Assembly (NCBI GenBank): GCA_032123355.1 | Contig: JAQBFM010000060.1 | Coordinates: 1 to 51,189 of the forward strand | DNA length: 51,189 nucleotides | Origin: Lentisphaerales bacterium | GTDB taxonomy: Bacteria; Verrucomicrobiota; Kiritimatiellia; SPBP01 | Reading direction: 5' to 3' | Shown: piece by piece, positions 19,259-29,439 of the stretch | Position numbering within the stretch: position 1 is the stretch's first letter | How the letters are laid out: the number at the start of each line of letters is the position of its first letter | Position numbers and translations under genes: made by a program | The notes under the pieces: generated by a model | What the model was told of the DNA's origin: nothing | Database searches by the model: none | The model's input: only the letters and a program-made list of their open reading frames with translations

Positions 19259-19291
19259 GTCCGTCGCTCTGACCAACTGAGCTACGGGCCC
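19215..19291 (-). tRNA. tRNA with CAT anticodon, probably tRNA-Ile2 (lysidine type); elongator Met not excluded
   Basis: Minus strand GGGCCCGTAGCTCAGTTGGTCAGAGCGACGGACTCATAATCCGTTGGTCGTAGGTTCGAGTCCTACCGGGCCCACCA, 77 nt, full cloverleaf, encoded CCA; paired G1-C72 excludes initiator. Confidence 0.93.
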
Positions 19292-19373
19292 GGACTGCAT
19301 CTGATTGCGTACAGGCTAGCAAAGCATCTGGGCGGGCGCAACAGTTTGAGAGTTCAATGTTCGGAGATTCGGA

Positions 19374-20507
19374 ATGAAGACCAGGGTTGCTCTTGTTGCG
19401 GCTGATGACTACAGCCGAAAGACCATCGGAGTCGCTCTGCCAAGGCTGCTTCAACATCTGGGTGGACTCAAGTCGTTCGTCAAGAGTGGCCAGACGGTGC
19501 TTCTGAAGCCGAATCTCTTGACCGCCCGTGAACCCGAGAAGGCAGTTACAACTCATCCAGAGCTTGTGCGCGGCCTGATAAGAATGGTCAAGGAACTTGG
19601 CGGCAAACCGGTTGTCGCGGATAGCCCGGCCAACGTCATGAAGATAGAAAGTGTGTGGGAGAAGACTGGCTTTCTTGCCATGTGCCGGGAGGAAGACGTC
19701 CCCCTGTTATGTCTGGAGAAGGAAGGGTCGATTCCTTTTACTGTGGACGGGTTCTCATTTTCGGTAGCCAGTCCTGTGTTGAATGCCGATCTCGTAATAA
19801 ACCTGCCGAAGGTCAAGACTCATCTCCTGACGATTCTCACGGGTGCGGTGAAGAACACCTATGGCACCATACCAGGTTTTCAGAAGACGGGGCTTCACAA
19901 GAGTTATCCAACGCCACGAGAATTTGGACGCCTTCTTGCAGCGCTTTATTCCAAGGTCAGACCGGGCCTCGCGATAGCCGACGGAATAGTCGGCATGGAA
20001 GGAGAGGGGCCATCCGGTGGCAGACCGGTAAAGTTGGGCATTCTCGCCGCGTCGGTCGACGGTGTTGCGCTTGATACGGTGTTATGTCGCATCTTGGGAA
20101 TAAATGCGAAGAATGTTCACTACCTCGCAGAATCGGCAAAACTGGGAGCGGGTGAAGCACGTGTTGATGAGATAGAAGTGATCGGAGCACGTGTTGAGGA
20201 TGTCGCGCCGCCGAGATTCAAGGCGCCCAGCACCTTGATAGGTGCTGTGATTCCAGGCGGGCTCGTGAGAGTGTTGAGGCATTATCTCTGGATTCGACCG
20301 TCGTTTTCAGACAAATGCATTGCATGTGGCATGTGCGTACGAGCGTGTCCAGTTCAGGTGCTGCGAATAGTGGGGCACACTGCAGCCTTGATACAAGCGA
20401 ACAAGTGCATAGGGTGTTGCTGCTGCCACGAAACCTGTCCGGAGCAGGCGGTGGAGATGCAGCAGAGCCCGGTCCTCCGAGCAATCAGAGGGGGCCGGTT
20501 CCCCTGA
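19374..20507 (+). CDS. DUF362-like protein with C-terminal 2x[4Fe-4S] ferredoxin domain
   Basis: VLLKPN, TTHP, PKVKTH, GAVKN, GMEGEGP; CIACGMCVRACP and CIGCCCCHETCP. Confidence 0.88.
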   Translation: MKTRVALVAADDYSRKTIGVALPRLLQHLGGLKSFVKSGQTVLLKPNLLTAREPEKAVTTHPELVRGLIRMVKELGGKPVVADSPANVMKIESVWEKTGFLAMCREEDVPLLCLEKEGSIPFTVDGFSFSVASPVLNADLVINLPKVKTHLLTILTGAVKNTYGTIPGFQKTGLHKSYPTPREFGRLLAALYSKVRPGLAIADGIVGMEGEGPSGGRPVKLGILAASVDGVALDTVLCRILGINAKNVHYLAESAKLGAGEARVDEIEVIGARVEDVAPPRFKAPSTLIGAVIPGGLVRVLRHYLWIRPSFSDKCIACGMCVRACPVQVLRIVGHTAALIQANKCIGCCCCHETCPEQAVEMQQSPVLRAIRGGRFP

Positions 20508-20550
20508 AGCGTTGTGATCCGACCGAGGTGTGAGGAACAACAGGCTTGCC

Positions 20551-21513
20551 ATGAAACACAGAGCCAGGCATGTGGTCGAATACCTGTTTCTCCGGGCATG
20601 CGTTGGTCTGTTCCGAATTCTGCCCTACCGACTGGCGTTGGGAGTCGGCTGGATCATGGCAGTAATCGCCTTCCACGTGTTCCGATTCAGGCTCCGGCAG
20701 GCGATCACCCGACTAACCGAAGTCTTCGGAGATCAATATACACATCGGGAGATGCGCCGCATTGCGTGGATGTCGTTAAGGAACTTCGTCTTCTGCGCCG
20801 TCGACATGATCCGTATTCCGTCGGTCACTGTGAATTGGATGCGGAGGCATGTTCTGGATTATGAGCAGAGCTCCGAGATGCTTGCGAAGCATGTTGCGAC
20901 CGGGACTGGAGCGATCCTGGCGTGCCCGCACATGGGGTCGTGGGAGATTGCAGGCATTGTTGCCCAACTCTCCGGGCTGCCTATATTCTTCGTTACGGGC
21001 AAGCAGAAGAACCCCATTGTCGATCGCTACCTTAACAGACTGCGTGGGAGTACCGGCATTCCGACTGTGCAGAGGGGCTCGGCATTGCTCAAGAGTGTAA
21101 TTCGCAGGCTGAAGAACGGCGAAATCCTGGGTTTTATGCCCGATGTCCGTATGCGAACAGAAGGCGTTAGTGTCAGGTTCTTTGGCAAGGAGGCGAACGT
21201 TGTCGGGGGCATGGGTCTTTTTGCCAGGCAGACGCGGTCTCCGATCTTTCCAGCAGTCTGCACGAGGCTGAGCTGGACACATCACCGCATGCGTTGTCTC
21301 GATCCCGTATGGCCTGATTTGACCATGGACAAGCAACAGGATTGGCAAAGGATGACGCAGCTCGTATTCAATCAGATCGAGGCAGCCATAAGAGAACAGC
21401 CGGAGCAGTGGTTCTGGTTCAACAAGCGCTGGATTCTAGATCCGTATGTCCCGCCGTCACCAGAAAGTGATCGAGAGGGGGAGCTAACCGAACCAATTGC
21501 GCCCAATCCTTGA
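20551..21513 (+). CDS. Lipid A biosynthesis acyltransferase (LpxL/HtrB family)
   Basis: HMGSWE catalytic motif, V.FFG, IREQPEQWFWFNKRW; ATG 20551 chosen (ORF open from 20530). Confidence 0.88.
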   Translation: MKHRARHVVEYLFLRACVGLFRILPYRLALGVGWIMAVIAFHVFRFRLRQAITRLTEVFGDQYTHREMRRIAWMSLRNFVFCAVDMIRIPSVTVNWMRRHVLDYEQSSEMLAKHVATGTGAILACPHMGSWEIAGIVAQLSGLPIFFVTGKQKNPIVDRYLNRLRGSTGIPTVQRGSALLKSVIRRLKNGEILGFMPDVRMRTEGVSVRFFGKEANVVGGMGLFARQTRSPIFPAVCTRLSWTHHRMRCLDPVWPDLTMDKQQDWQRMTQLVFNQIEAAIREQPEQWFWFNKRWILDPYVPPSPESDREGELTEPIAPNP

Positions 21514-21603
21514 GAAGCGAGGCCTTGTCAGGAGAAAAGGTTCATCCGGAAATACTCTCAAACACGAGAATCAGACAGCCAATAGATCGCAGGGGGAGAA
21601 GCT

Positions 21604-22827
21604 ATGGACTTTCAGAAAGTGTTCGCCGACCGCATAGGCGGCAGATTGTTCGGGACATCAACGGAGATATACAAGTTCGAACGGATCAAGCGCGCAAAAG
21701 CGGCGGCAAGAAAAGCGCGTCCGAATGTGGAGTTGCTGGATTTCGGAGTGGGCGAACCCGATCAAGTTGCCCCGTTGCCTATCCGCGAAGCTTTGAAGGA
21801 AGCGGTCGATAATCCTGACAATCGTGGATATTCTGACAATGGGATCGGGGAATTCAAGGAGGCAGCCGCGCGATATATGTCCGCCTTCTTCGGGGTTGCC
21901 GATCTTGATCCAGCCACTGAAATAGTCCACAGCATTGGCTCCAAGCCAGCGCTGGCGATGTTGCCGCTATGTTTCGTTAATCCGGGTGACACGGTTCTTG
22001 TGACGGTTCCAGGCTATCCAGTGCTCGGGACGCATGCGCGCTATCTGGGTGGAAAAGTCCAGAATGTGCCGCTTCGTGTGCAAAATGGGTTTCTACCGGA
22101 TCTGGATGCGATCGATGGCGATGCGGCACGAAGCGCAAAGCTGTTCTACGTGAATTACCCCAACAATCCGACCGGTGCCGTAGCGACAGCTGCGTTTTTT
22201 GACCGGTTAATTGCCTTTGCCGAGGCCAACGAGATTCTTGTGATACAAGATGCTGCTTATGCGACGCTCACCTATAACACTCAGCCACTCTCGATTCTAA
22301 GTCGTCCCGGCGGCATGGAAGTGGCCCTCGAGCTGCATTCGATGAGCAAGAGCTACAACATGACAGGTTGGCGTCTCGGGTTCGTCGCGGGCTCCGCCCG
22401 CCTCGTTGATGCCTATGCCCAAGTCAAGGACAATATCGATTCGGGGCAGTTCAAGGCCATTCAAATTGCGGCTTGCACCGGAATTGCGGATAGGTCCCTG
22501 GCCGACGATATTCGCGCGCACTACGAAGGTCGGCTTATCAAACTTGTCAAAGTGCTCAGGGCCGCCGGTTTCGATGCCCGGATGCCCGGTGGCACATTCT
22601 ACCTATATGTTGCGGCGCCTGTTGCGGCCGGTTCGCAGAAGTTCGCCAACGCGGCGGAAGCGTCTCAGCACCTTATACTCGAGCACTCAGTATCGACAGT
22701 GCCCTGGGATGACGCGGGAGCATATCTTCGTTTCTCGGCAACGTTTGAATCCGATGGACCGGATGACGACATTAGAGTCATGAGCGAGCTCGGCAATCGG
22801 CTTGCCTCTGCCGATTTCAGATTCTAG
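21604..22827 (+). CDS. dapL: LL-diaminopimelate aminotransferase
   Basis: DFGVGEPD, IGSKPALA, NYPNNPTG, QDAAY, SMSKSYNMTGWRLG (PLP lysine), KDNIDSGQF. Confidence 0.82.
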   Translation: MDFQKVFADRIGGRLFGTSTEIYKFERIKRAKAAARKARPNVELLDFGVGEPDQVAPLPIREALKEAVDNPDNRGYSDNGIGEFKEAAARYMSAFFGVADLDPATEIVHSIGSKPALAMLPLCFVNPGDTVLVTVPGYPVLGTHARYLGGKVQNVPLRVQNGFLPDLDAIDGDAARSAKLFYVNYPNNPTGAVATAAFFDRLIAFAEANEILVIQDAAYATLTYNTQPLSILSRPGGMEVALELHSMSKSYNMTGWRLGFVAGSARLVDAYAQVKDNIDSGQFKAIQIAACTGIADRSLADDIRAHYEGRLIKLVKVLRAAGFDARMPGGTFYLYVAAPVAAGSQKFANAAEASQHLILEHSVSTVPWDDAGAYLRFSATFESDGPDDDIRVMSELGNRLASADFRF

Positions 22828-22834
22828 AGAGACT

Positions 22835-23731
22835 CTACGCCAAGGGCAGAACGTGGGAATCGATTTCCGCTTCGGTACCGCACACCGGAATGTGTCTGTG
22901 GAGTGACCATCGCTCTTCATGGCGAACGGACTGCCCGTGCTTGAGTGTCGTAAGCGGGCCGATAGACTCCAGTTCAAGGATCTCCTCGTTTGAGAACGTC
23001 TCAAAACTCACGCCACCGTCAGGATACTGTGCCCGCTCAACGTGGACATACCGCTTGATGAACGCAAACTCATCAAGGAGGTAGGCCACCCATCCTTCTC
23101 TATGTGCTATGCCCAGCTTGTTCGGCCCCTTCGTCGGGTCCTGACGGAACATGATATACTTTGGACCAAGCTTCCACCGCGGGTCGCTCAGGTCTGTATA
23201 TCCCCACAGGCTCCATTCCTGGTTGTGTGTAAGGCGGTCTGTATGAGGGACATGCTTGGGCATTGGAATGATAGCCGTGCCCCGTAGCGCCATGACTGTC
23301 AGCGCCCATGGGGCAAGCGTAATCGACGTCTTTCCTCGATTTGTCAGGACATGCTTCAGCGTGACATCGTTGGTGTCGGAAGCGAGATTGATTTCCATGC
23401 TCTTTTCCACATGTGTCAGGTTCCCGGGCTCCTGGGTTGTTCGGATTCCACATGGGATCTCTTCAATCGATATGGCAGTGTTGTCCAGCTCGTAGCTTTT
23501 GGGCTTCTCCTCGGGCGCAATCCACAGTCTGTGTCCGCCGCGAATCATCCACTCGGTTTCGCCTGTGCCGCCCGCCTGATCTGCGATTTCACCGAGAACG
23601 TTTCTCTCCCCGACGAAGGCAAATCGGATTATGCGCGGGCCGACGTCCGCGGTCACAATCAGTTCTACTTCCTTATTGCTCAAACGCATGCAGTTTTGCC
23701 AGCCGTTATACTTGATCCGTTCAGTTTCCAT
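22835..23731 (-). CDS. Conserved hypothetical protein, galactose-mutarotase-like (DUF4380-like)
   Basis: ATG 23731 with purine-rich SD; DVGPRII, GGHRLWIAPE, YPDGG..FE, ELES..P motifs. Confidence 0.7.
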   Translation of the reverse strand: METERIKYNGWQNCMRLSNKEVELIVTADVGPRIIRFAFVGERNVLGEIADQAGGTGETEWMIRGGHRLWIAPEEKPKSYELDNTAISIEEIPCGIRTTQEPGNLTHVEKSMEINLASDTNDVTLKHVLTNRGKTSITLAPWALTVMALRGTAIIPMPKHVPHTDRLTHNQEWSLWGYTDLSDPRWKLGPKYIMFRQDPTKGPNKLGIAHREGWVAYLLDEFAFIKRYVHVERAQYPDGGVSFETFSNEEILELESIGPLTTLKHGQSVRHEERWSLHRHIPVCGTEAEIDSHVLPLA

Positions 23732-23751
23732 TTGGTTTCCTCTTTCCTGTG

Positions 23752-25344
23752 TCAGACGAGCGATCCTTCTAGTGCACGATAGTGGTCCAGCATGGCCGAA
23801 TACGCCGCATGTGCGGCCGCATTCGGGGTGGCAACCTGCTGGATTTTGGGAGCTCCCTTGACGGTGTCCGCAAACGGAACGAATGCCTGCGCCGCATTGC
23901 ATTGCCAGCCGTGCAGTGCCCGGTAACACGCACCAAGAGCTGCAGAATCAGGCTGCTCTCCGGCATAGACCGGGACCCCGAAAACATTGGACATTATTGT
24001 CGTGATCGACTTGTTTGTTGAGGCCCCGCCGGTGGCAAGAATCCCCGCTGGTTTCAGACCTATGTTTGAGCCGTGGACGAGCAGAGATAGAAATTGGCTT
24101 TCGACAACTGCGCGCGCGTCAAGGTCGGGTGCAAAGCTATCGAGTCTTGTTCCGCTGGCGTCAAAACGAAAAACACCGGTTTGCAGGAGAGGGGGCGTGA
24201 TTTCCGGTTCGTCAATGTAGAAGCCCACGTTCCCGTTGTTGCCGGCCGGGGTTCTGGCCAGAGCCTTGTCGAACGCATCCCACGTTCCACCGGCAAACTC
24301 ATCGCGGACGCGTTCCCTTGTCAACGACCCATTCTTCTGGCACACCATCGCCATGTAGCCGTTCGGGTCCACCGGATTTGCGAAGATATGGCCCTCGGAC
24401 GCGGAAGGGGTAGGTGATGCCAAGGATCCGAACATCGTATCACTAGTGCCGAGACTGATGGCAATATCACCGGCACGTTGCAGTCGCAGACCTGCGAGGC
24501 TGTTGGGATTGTCACCCGAAAAGCAGATGACAAGGCAGTCTCGCGTGAAGCCGCACAGATCCCTGTAGTAGCTGTGAATGGGGCCAGCGACGGAATGTGA
24601 AGGAACTATCTGGCCGAGTTTCTGTTCGAGTCCCGGAGCGGTTGCATCAATAGCCTGCCGATTCCATGTTTTCGAACGCAGGTCCATCAAGTTCATGCCG
24701 GATCCGTCGCTGGCATCGATCGGCACATAGTCGCCGACAAGCAACGAAGCCATGAAAGAACTCACAAGCAGGATTCTCTCCGAGTCTTCGTAGCCTTGCC
24801 TTTTTGTCTGGAACATCTTCGCAATCTGGTTGCCTGTGAAACGCTCGTAAGCTCGGGAACCCGTTAAGTCTGCCACAGCCTGCGCGCCGCCAAGCGCAGA
24901 CTCAAGCATCTTGCACTGCTGTCCCGTACTTGAATCCATCCATATCGGCGAATCGGGTATCGAGAAGCACTCTTCGAGTTGGCTGCGCAGTGAGTTGCCG
25001 GCAGTCAAGCCGTTCAGTGCTTTGATTCCACCCTTCTTCAGATAGACACTGCCGTGTTGCTGTCCCGACCCCGAAACGGCCGCCACCTTCGCGAAATCAA
25101 AACGGTCCTCAGCCATCTTCTTCAGGAGCAGATCAAGTGCGGCAACCCACATGATTGTGGGCGAGGTCACGGTCAGTCCGTCCGGTCCGTGGTGGACGCC
25201 TCCCTCAGTTCCGAATTCAGGCAGGTCTGTGTCAAAGTTAACGGAAGCCGTGTAAACAACCTTGAGGCCCTGGTCCATGACGATCGCCTTCAGGCTCTGA
25301 GTGCTGGAGTCCAGCCCAAGAAACAACATATCGTTCTCTTGCAT
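23752..25344 (-). CDS. xylB: Xylulokinase (FGGY family), eukaryote-like subtype
   Basis: LGLDSSTQ, SGSGQQHGSVY, WMDSST, TGSRAYERFTG, DGSGMNL, SGDNPNSLAG, SLGTSDT, TGGAS; ATG 25344 with GGAGG. Confidence 0.85.
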   Translation of the reverse strand: MQENDMLFLGLDSSTQSLKAIVMDQGLKVVYTASVNFDTDLPEFGTEGGVHHGPDGLTVTSPTIMWVAALDLLLKKMAEDRFDFAKVAAVSGSGQQHGSVYLKKGGIKALNGLTAGNSLRSQLEECFSIPDSPIWMDSSTGQQCKMLESALGGAQAVADLTGSRAYERFTGNQIAKMFQTKRQGYEDSERILLVSSFMASLLVGDYVPIDASDGSGMNLMDLRSKTWNRQAIDATAPGLEQKLGQIVPSHSVAGPIHSYYRDLCGFTRDCLVICFSGDNPNSLAGLRLQRAGDIAISLGTSDTMFGSLASPTPSASEGHIFANPVDPNGYMAMVCQKNGSLTRERVRDEFAGGTWDAFDKALARTPAGNNGNVGFYIDEPEITPPLLQTGVFRFDASGTRLDSFAPDLDARAVVESQFLSLLVHGSNIGLKPAGILATGGASTNKSITTIMSNVFGVPVYAGEQPDSAALGACYRALHGWQCNAAQAFVPFADTVKGAPKIQQVATPNAAAHAAYSAMLDHYRALEGSLV

Positions 25345-25418
25345 GACACCTCCCGATTGTTGGCGACACGTTCTTTTGCCGACGTGCATGCCGGGCAATA
25401 ATGCTGCATCTGTGCGCG

Positions 25419-26195
25419 TCAGGCAAGCCCAGAGCCGCCAGGCTTCCGCCGTTCACTCACGGCAATAATGCCGATGGACACCTCATAAAGCAGGATCAGG
25501 GGCAGGGCCATCATCAGTTGAGTGAAGATGTCCGGCGGCGTAAGGAGCATTGCCAGGACGAGCAGACCCACCATCACATGGGGACGCACAGCTCTGAGTT
25601 GGGCCGCATGCAGCACGCCCGTTCGAGCAAGTGCTATAAGAAGCACCGGAAGTTCGAACGCCAGTCCGAAGCCAAGCATCAGGTGCAGGCAGAAAGTCAC
25701 ATAGTTTCTCACATACACCGGACCGGCACTGAAACCGATCCATTCGCTGACTCCGAACATGACGTTCAGGGCCAGGGGCAGTGTTCCAAAATAGCCCAGA
25801 GCAGCACCCACGACAAACAGAGCCACCGCGAAGGCCGAGGCCCGCACCACGATTCGGCGCTCCTTAGGGGTCAGGCCCGGAAACACGAACGTTGCTGAGA
25901 AGACTGCGATGAACGGCAGGCTGAAAAGAAGACCGCTCCAGAACACTATCCGCATTGCCACGCTGAAACCGCCCGTGACCTCAAACGGGATCAGAAACAC
26001 ATCAGGGTTCCTGCCGGCTCGGATCAACGGCAACTTCAGGATGTTGAAGATCGAGCGGCAAAGCGGGATTGCTGCCAACATTCCCACTGCAAGCGCTGCA
26101 AAACACCGGATCAGGACGGTCCGAAGGTCCTCCAGATGTGACAGCAACGGCTTTTCCGCGCCTACATCAGCCTTCAATCGTATGTTCCCCTTCAT
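25419..26195 (-). CDS. tatC: Twin-arginine translocase TatC (start uncertain)
   Basis: PLLSHLEDLR, PGLTPKE, FGLAFELP, LTPPD..TQ, LYE. Confidence 0.93.
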   Translation of the reverse strand: MKGNIRLKADVGAEKPLLSHLEDLRTVLIRCFAALAVGMLAAIPLCRSIFNILKLPLIRAGRNPDVFLIPFEVTGGFSVAMRIVFWSGLLFSLPFIAVFSATFVFPGLTPKERRIVVRASAFAVALFVVGAALGYFGTLPLALNVMFGVSEWIGFSAGPVYVRNYVTFCLHLMLGFGLAFELPVLLIALARTGVLHAAQLRAVRPHVMVGLLVLAMLLTPPDIFTQLMMALPLILLYEVSIGIIAVSERRKPGGSGLA

Positions 26196-26499
26196 GATCG
26201 TGCTCGGCTTCGCGTGTTCCGCCAGGTTGGGAGTCTTTCCCATCCGCACCCTCAGCACTGGGAACCGTGGCAGACAGCCTACCTGCTTCAGAACTGCTCT
26301 CGGCATCGATGTCCATTATCTGGTCACGAAAGTCCTGAGACGCGGATCGGAGATCCTCGCACAACTTGCCTAGTCTTCGTGCAAGTTTGGGCAGTTGCCT
26401 GGGGCCGAACAGAACCAATACGGCAATGAAGACGATCAAAATCTCTGAAAATCCCGGTGAGGCGCCCAGAAGACCCATTGGAGGAAACAGAGTAATCAT
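26167..26499 (-). CDS. Twin-arginine translocase TatA/TatB subunit
   Basis: GFSEILIV..VLVLFGPRQLPKLARRLG. Confidence 0.88.
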   Translation of the reverse strand: MITLFPPMGLLGASPGFSEILIVFIAVLVLFGPRQLPKLARRLGKLCEDLRSASQDFRDQIMDIDAESSSEAGRLSATVPSAEGADGKDSQPGGTREAEHDHEGEHTIEG

Positions 26500-26563
26500 T
26501 GTGGTCTACAATTGATGAAACCTGTGCAGAATCACCACGGCCGACGCAGGGCCCGTTTCACTG

Positions 26564-27076
26564 CTAGCGGCGATAAACGGCGAATTCAACCCTGCGGTTT
26601 GCGCGCCAGCTTGATTCCGTGTGTCCCGGATCCAGAGGCTGTTCTTCTCCATAACTCTTCGTTGTTGTCCGGGAGCTGTCGATGCTGAGTCCGATCAGGT
26701 ACGCTCGTGTAGCCAGAGCTCTCCTCTCGCCAAGAGCCAGGTTGTATTCCCGGCTGCCCCGTTCATCGCAGTGACCCTCAAGAACCGTCCTTGTCCCTGG
26801 GTTCCGTCTCATGTAATCGGCCACCTGCTCGATCTTCGATCGTTCGCCAGGCGCGATCTGTGAACTGTCAAAATCGAAGTTAACGCTTTGGAACATGGCC
26901 TTCTCGTCGAGGGTGCCCGGATTGTCCCATGCACTCTCCAGTTCAAAGTTTCCCTCAAGCACATCAACCGGCGGCAGGTCATCGCCGGGCATACTACCCT
27001 TCGTTCTGCAGCCCGCCGCCAACACGGCACAACTACACACGATTACGACAACCGCACACCATCTACCAGTAGACAT
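26564..27076 (-). CDS. pal: Peptidoglycan-associated lipoprotein (OmpA domain)
   Basis: Lipobox AAGC; FDFDS, EGHCDERGSREYNLALGERRA, SYGEE, NRRVEF. Confidence 0.95.
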   Translation of the reverse strand: MSTGRWCAVVVIVCSCAVLAAGCRTKGSMPGDDLPPVDVLEGNFELESAWDNPGTLDEKAMFQSVNFDFDSSQIAPGERSKIEQVADYMRRNPGTRTVLEGHCDERGSREYNLALGERRALATRAYLIGLSIDSSRTTTKSYGEEQPLDPGHTESSWRANRRVEFAVYRR

Positions 27077-27100
27077 GTTACCTCCCAGCACGGAACACGG

Positions 27101-28336
27101 TTATCGCGCCGACCACGACGGCGAATACCAGTCCCCCTTGTCAGGCGTCAAACGTATTTCAGCATCTCCCATTGTGTCAAGAATATACACATCAGAGCGG
27201 TAGTTCTGCGTTCTCACGTATGCGATGTGCCTGCCGTCAGGCGCCCACGTCGGATCTTCGTGGTCCGCATTGTCGCGCGTTAGACAGATTTCCTCTCCCG
27301 AGTCGGGATCAATAAGACAGATCTGGTAACGCCCCTCGCGTCGACTTGCATAGGCAATCGTTCCTCCGGCGCTCCATGCGGGAGCCACATTCTCGCTGCC
27401 CTCAAAAGTTATCCGTCGTAGGCTGTCCCCGTTTCTGTCGCAGATATACAAGTGTGGCCGGCCGGGCGTGTCCGAGACAAACACGAGGTATTTCCCGTCG
27501 GGGGACCAGGAGGGGCTTGCTTCGGCTGCGTTCGGGGTTCGGGTCAGTCGGGTCAAGTCGGTTGACCCGAGCCGCATCCTGTACAGGTCAGGGTTGCCGT
27601 CCTTTGAGAGAGACAGAGCCATTTCCCTGCTGTCCGGCGAAATAGCTGCTGACATGTTAAGACCGGGGAATTTCGTCAACTGAGTACGCTTAGGCGGATC
27701 GGTTCGCACATCAATTGCGTAGATGTAGGGAAAAGACGTTCTGAACGACGTGTAGACAATTTCATGTCCATTCGGGTTCCATCGTGGCGACACGCTGATC
27801 GACCGATCGTGAGTAACCCGGGTCATATTGTGTCCGTCAGAGTCACACACATAGATTTCCTTTGCTTCCGAAAGCGTTCCGATCATCGCGATTCTTGATG
27901 ATGCTATGCCCGGCACTCCACGCGCCGCAAAGACTATTGCATCCGCAAGTTCGTGAGCCAGTTTACGGAACTCATTCACTGGTCTGCGGAACGACTCTTT
28001 CAGCACAACCTTGTCTTTCGTCCGATCCGTAACGACACACCGCCCGAAAACATTACCGTCCATTTCGCCGAAATTACCGACCACCGCAAAAGCCGCGGTG
28101 TCAGGAGGGGAAACAGTAAACCATCCGGAGCGTTCAAGATCCGCCGTGAGCACCGCCCGGCACGCTGCTGAGAAGCGGCTCTCATCCACTGTCAGGCCCG
28201 CAATATTGATCAGCGACTTCTGTGCTCCCCGTTTCCGAATGGCGATCGTCTCTGCCTGGCCGTCGCACGCGCTTCCAGCCATGAGCATAGCCGCAACCGC
28301 GCACATCAGAAGAAATCCGGATCTCTTATTCATCAT
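27101..28336 (-). CDS. tolB: Tol-Pal periplasmic protein TolB
   Basis: Signal peptide, PD40-like repeats (SPSWSPDG, PTWAPDG); ATG 28336. Confidence 0.9.
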   Translation of the reverse strand: MMNKRSGFLLMCAVAAMLMAGSACDGQAETIAIRKRGAQKSLINIAGLTVDESRFSAACRAVLTADLERSGWFTVSPPDTAAFAVVGNFGEMDGNVFGRCVVTDRTKDKVVLKESFRRPVNEFRKLAHELADAIVFAARGVPGIASSRIAMIGTLSEAKEIYVCDSDGHNMTRVTHDRSISVSPRWNPNGHEIVYTSFRTSFPYIYAIDVRTDPPKRTQLTKFPGLNMSAAISPDSREMALSLSKDGNPDLYRMRLGSTDLTRLTRTPNAAEASPSWSPDGKYLVFVSDTPGRPHLYICDRNGDSLRRITFEGSENVAPAWSAGGTIAYASRREGRYQICLIDPDSGEEICLTRDNADHEDPTWAPDGRHIAYVRTQNYRSDVYILDTMGDAEIRLTPDKGDWYSPSWSAR

Positions 28337-28343
28337 TCTTTTC

Positions 28344-29009
28344 TTACTCCTTTTCGACGCTGAATACCAGTTCCACCGTCGGATGCTGCTCAATATAAGA
28401 ACGCGATAGTCCGGGGATGCGTGCAACCGAATCCAGCGCCTTCAGCACGGACGCATCCAGCACCGCATTGCCCGACGGTCGGGAGAGCTTTCGCCCTGTG
28501 ACCAACCCACTGGAGCCAAGCTGTATTGAGGCTGACGCCGTCGCATTTCCTGCATCTGCATAGCTCGGCTGGCGCCACGACCGATAGAAGACTTCCTCGA
28601 TAATACGCCTGTATGTCGTATCAAGCTCATCAACAGGTCCTGCTCGACCCGGCGTGGCCGGCGGCAGCTCGAGCGCTTGCCTGATATCATTTGCGTTCAA
28701 CCGCGGGGTAGACGCAGGCCTGGGCCTGTGCACCAGCGGCCCACGTTGCGGCGACGGTCTCACCTCAGTCGGGCGTGTTGGCATTGGCTCCTCGGCGGGG
28801 GGGTGTTGTGGTGGCGGGTTATCGGGTGGGGGAGTCGCCATAACAGGCCGAAGGGCAGAGGCTTCCATCACCAGGGAAACGGGGGTATAGACCGATACAG
28901 GCATGTCCTGCCGACAGCCACGGATTGACGCCGAAAGCATCGCCGCTCCAACAAGCGCAATGTGCGCCGCCGTCACAACCGCTACTGCTCGTGAAGATGC
29001 CGTTCCCAC
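28344..29009 (-). CDS. TolA/TonB-family protein
   Basis: TM helix with His (AAHIAL), Pro-rich linker, C-terminal W.QP...SGNAVLDAS domain. Confidence 0.8.
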   Translation of the reverse strand: MGTASSRAVAVVTAAHIALVGAAMLSASIRGCRQDMPVSVYTPVSLVMEASALRPVMATPPPDNPPPQHPPAEEPMPTRPTEVRPSPQRGPLVHRPRPASTPRLNANDIRQALELPPATPGRAGPVDELDTTYRRIIEEVFYRSWRQPSYADAGNATASASIQLGSSGLVTGRKLSRPSGNAVLDASVLKALDSVARIPGLSRSYIEQHPTVELVFSVEKE

Positions 29010-29012
29010 GTC

Positions 29013-29435
29013 CTATCTTTCCCTTTCTGCCTGCGTAACCAGTGCCACGCGTGCAATCCCGACCTCATGCAGAATCTTGAGAACCCCGGCCACCACCCCG
29101 TACTTCAACTCCTTGTCCGCTCGCACGTAGACCGCCATGTCCGGGTCCGCCGCCGCCAGCTCCCCGATCCTTGTCCGCAGCCGGTCACTCTCAATCGGCA
29201 CGTCGTTCAAGTATACCCGTCCGCCTTCGTCAAGGCTGATTGTTGCCGACTGTTCGCTTGCAAGTTCGGCCCCGTTGCCTTTCGGCAGATTAAGCGGTAT
29301 GCCTTGCTCAATCAAGGGGAAGGTTATTATGAACGTGATTAACAGGATGAAAGTCAGATCCATCAGCGGGGTCATGTTGATCTCGCTGATTTGCGGCAGT
29401 GAATCCAGTGGCGACTTATAATCGTACTGCTGCAA
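29013..29435 (-). CDS. tolR: TolR/ExbD
   Basis: EINMTPLMDLTFILLITF, VRADK..YG.V. Confidence 0.9.
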   Translation of the reverse strand: MQQYDYKSPLDSLPQISEINMTPLMDLTFILLITFIITFPLIEQGIPLNLPKGNGAELASEQSATISLDEGGRVYLNDVPIESDRLRTRIGELAAADPDMAVYVRADKELKYGVVAGVLKILHEVGIARVALVTQAERER

Positions 29436-29439
29436 CTTA

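Noticed and set aside
19215-19291. tRNA-anchored prophage or integrative element
   Set aside because: No integrase and no duplicated tRNA 3' end noticed in the window.
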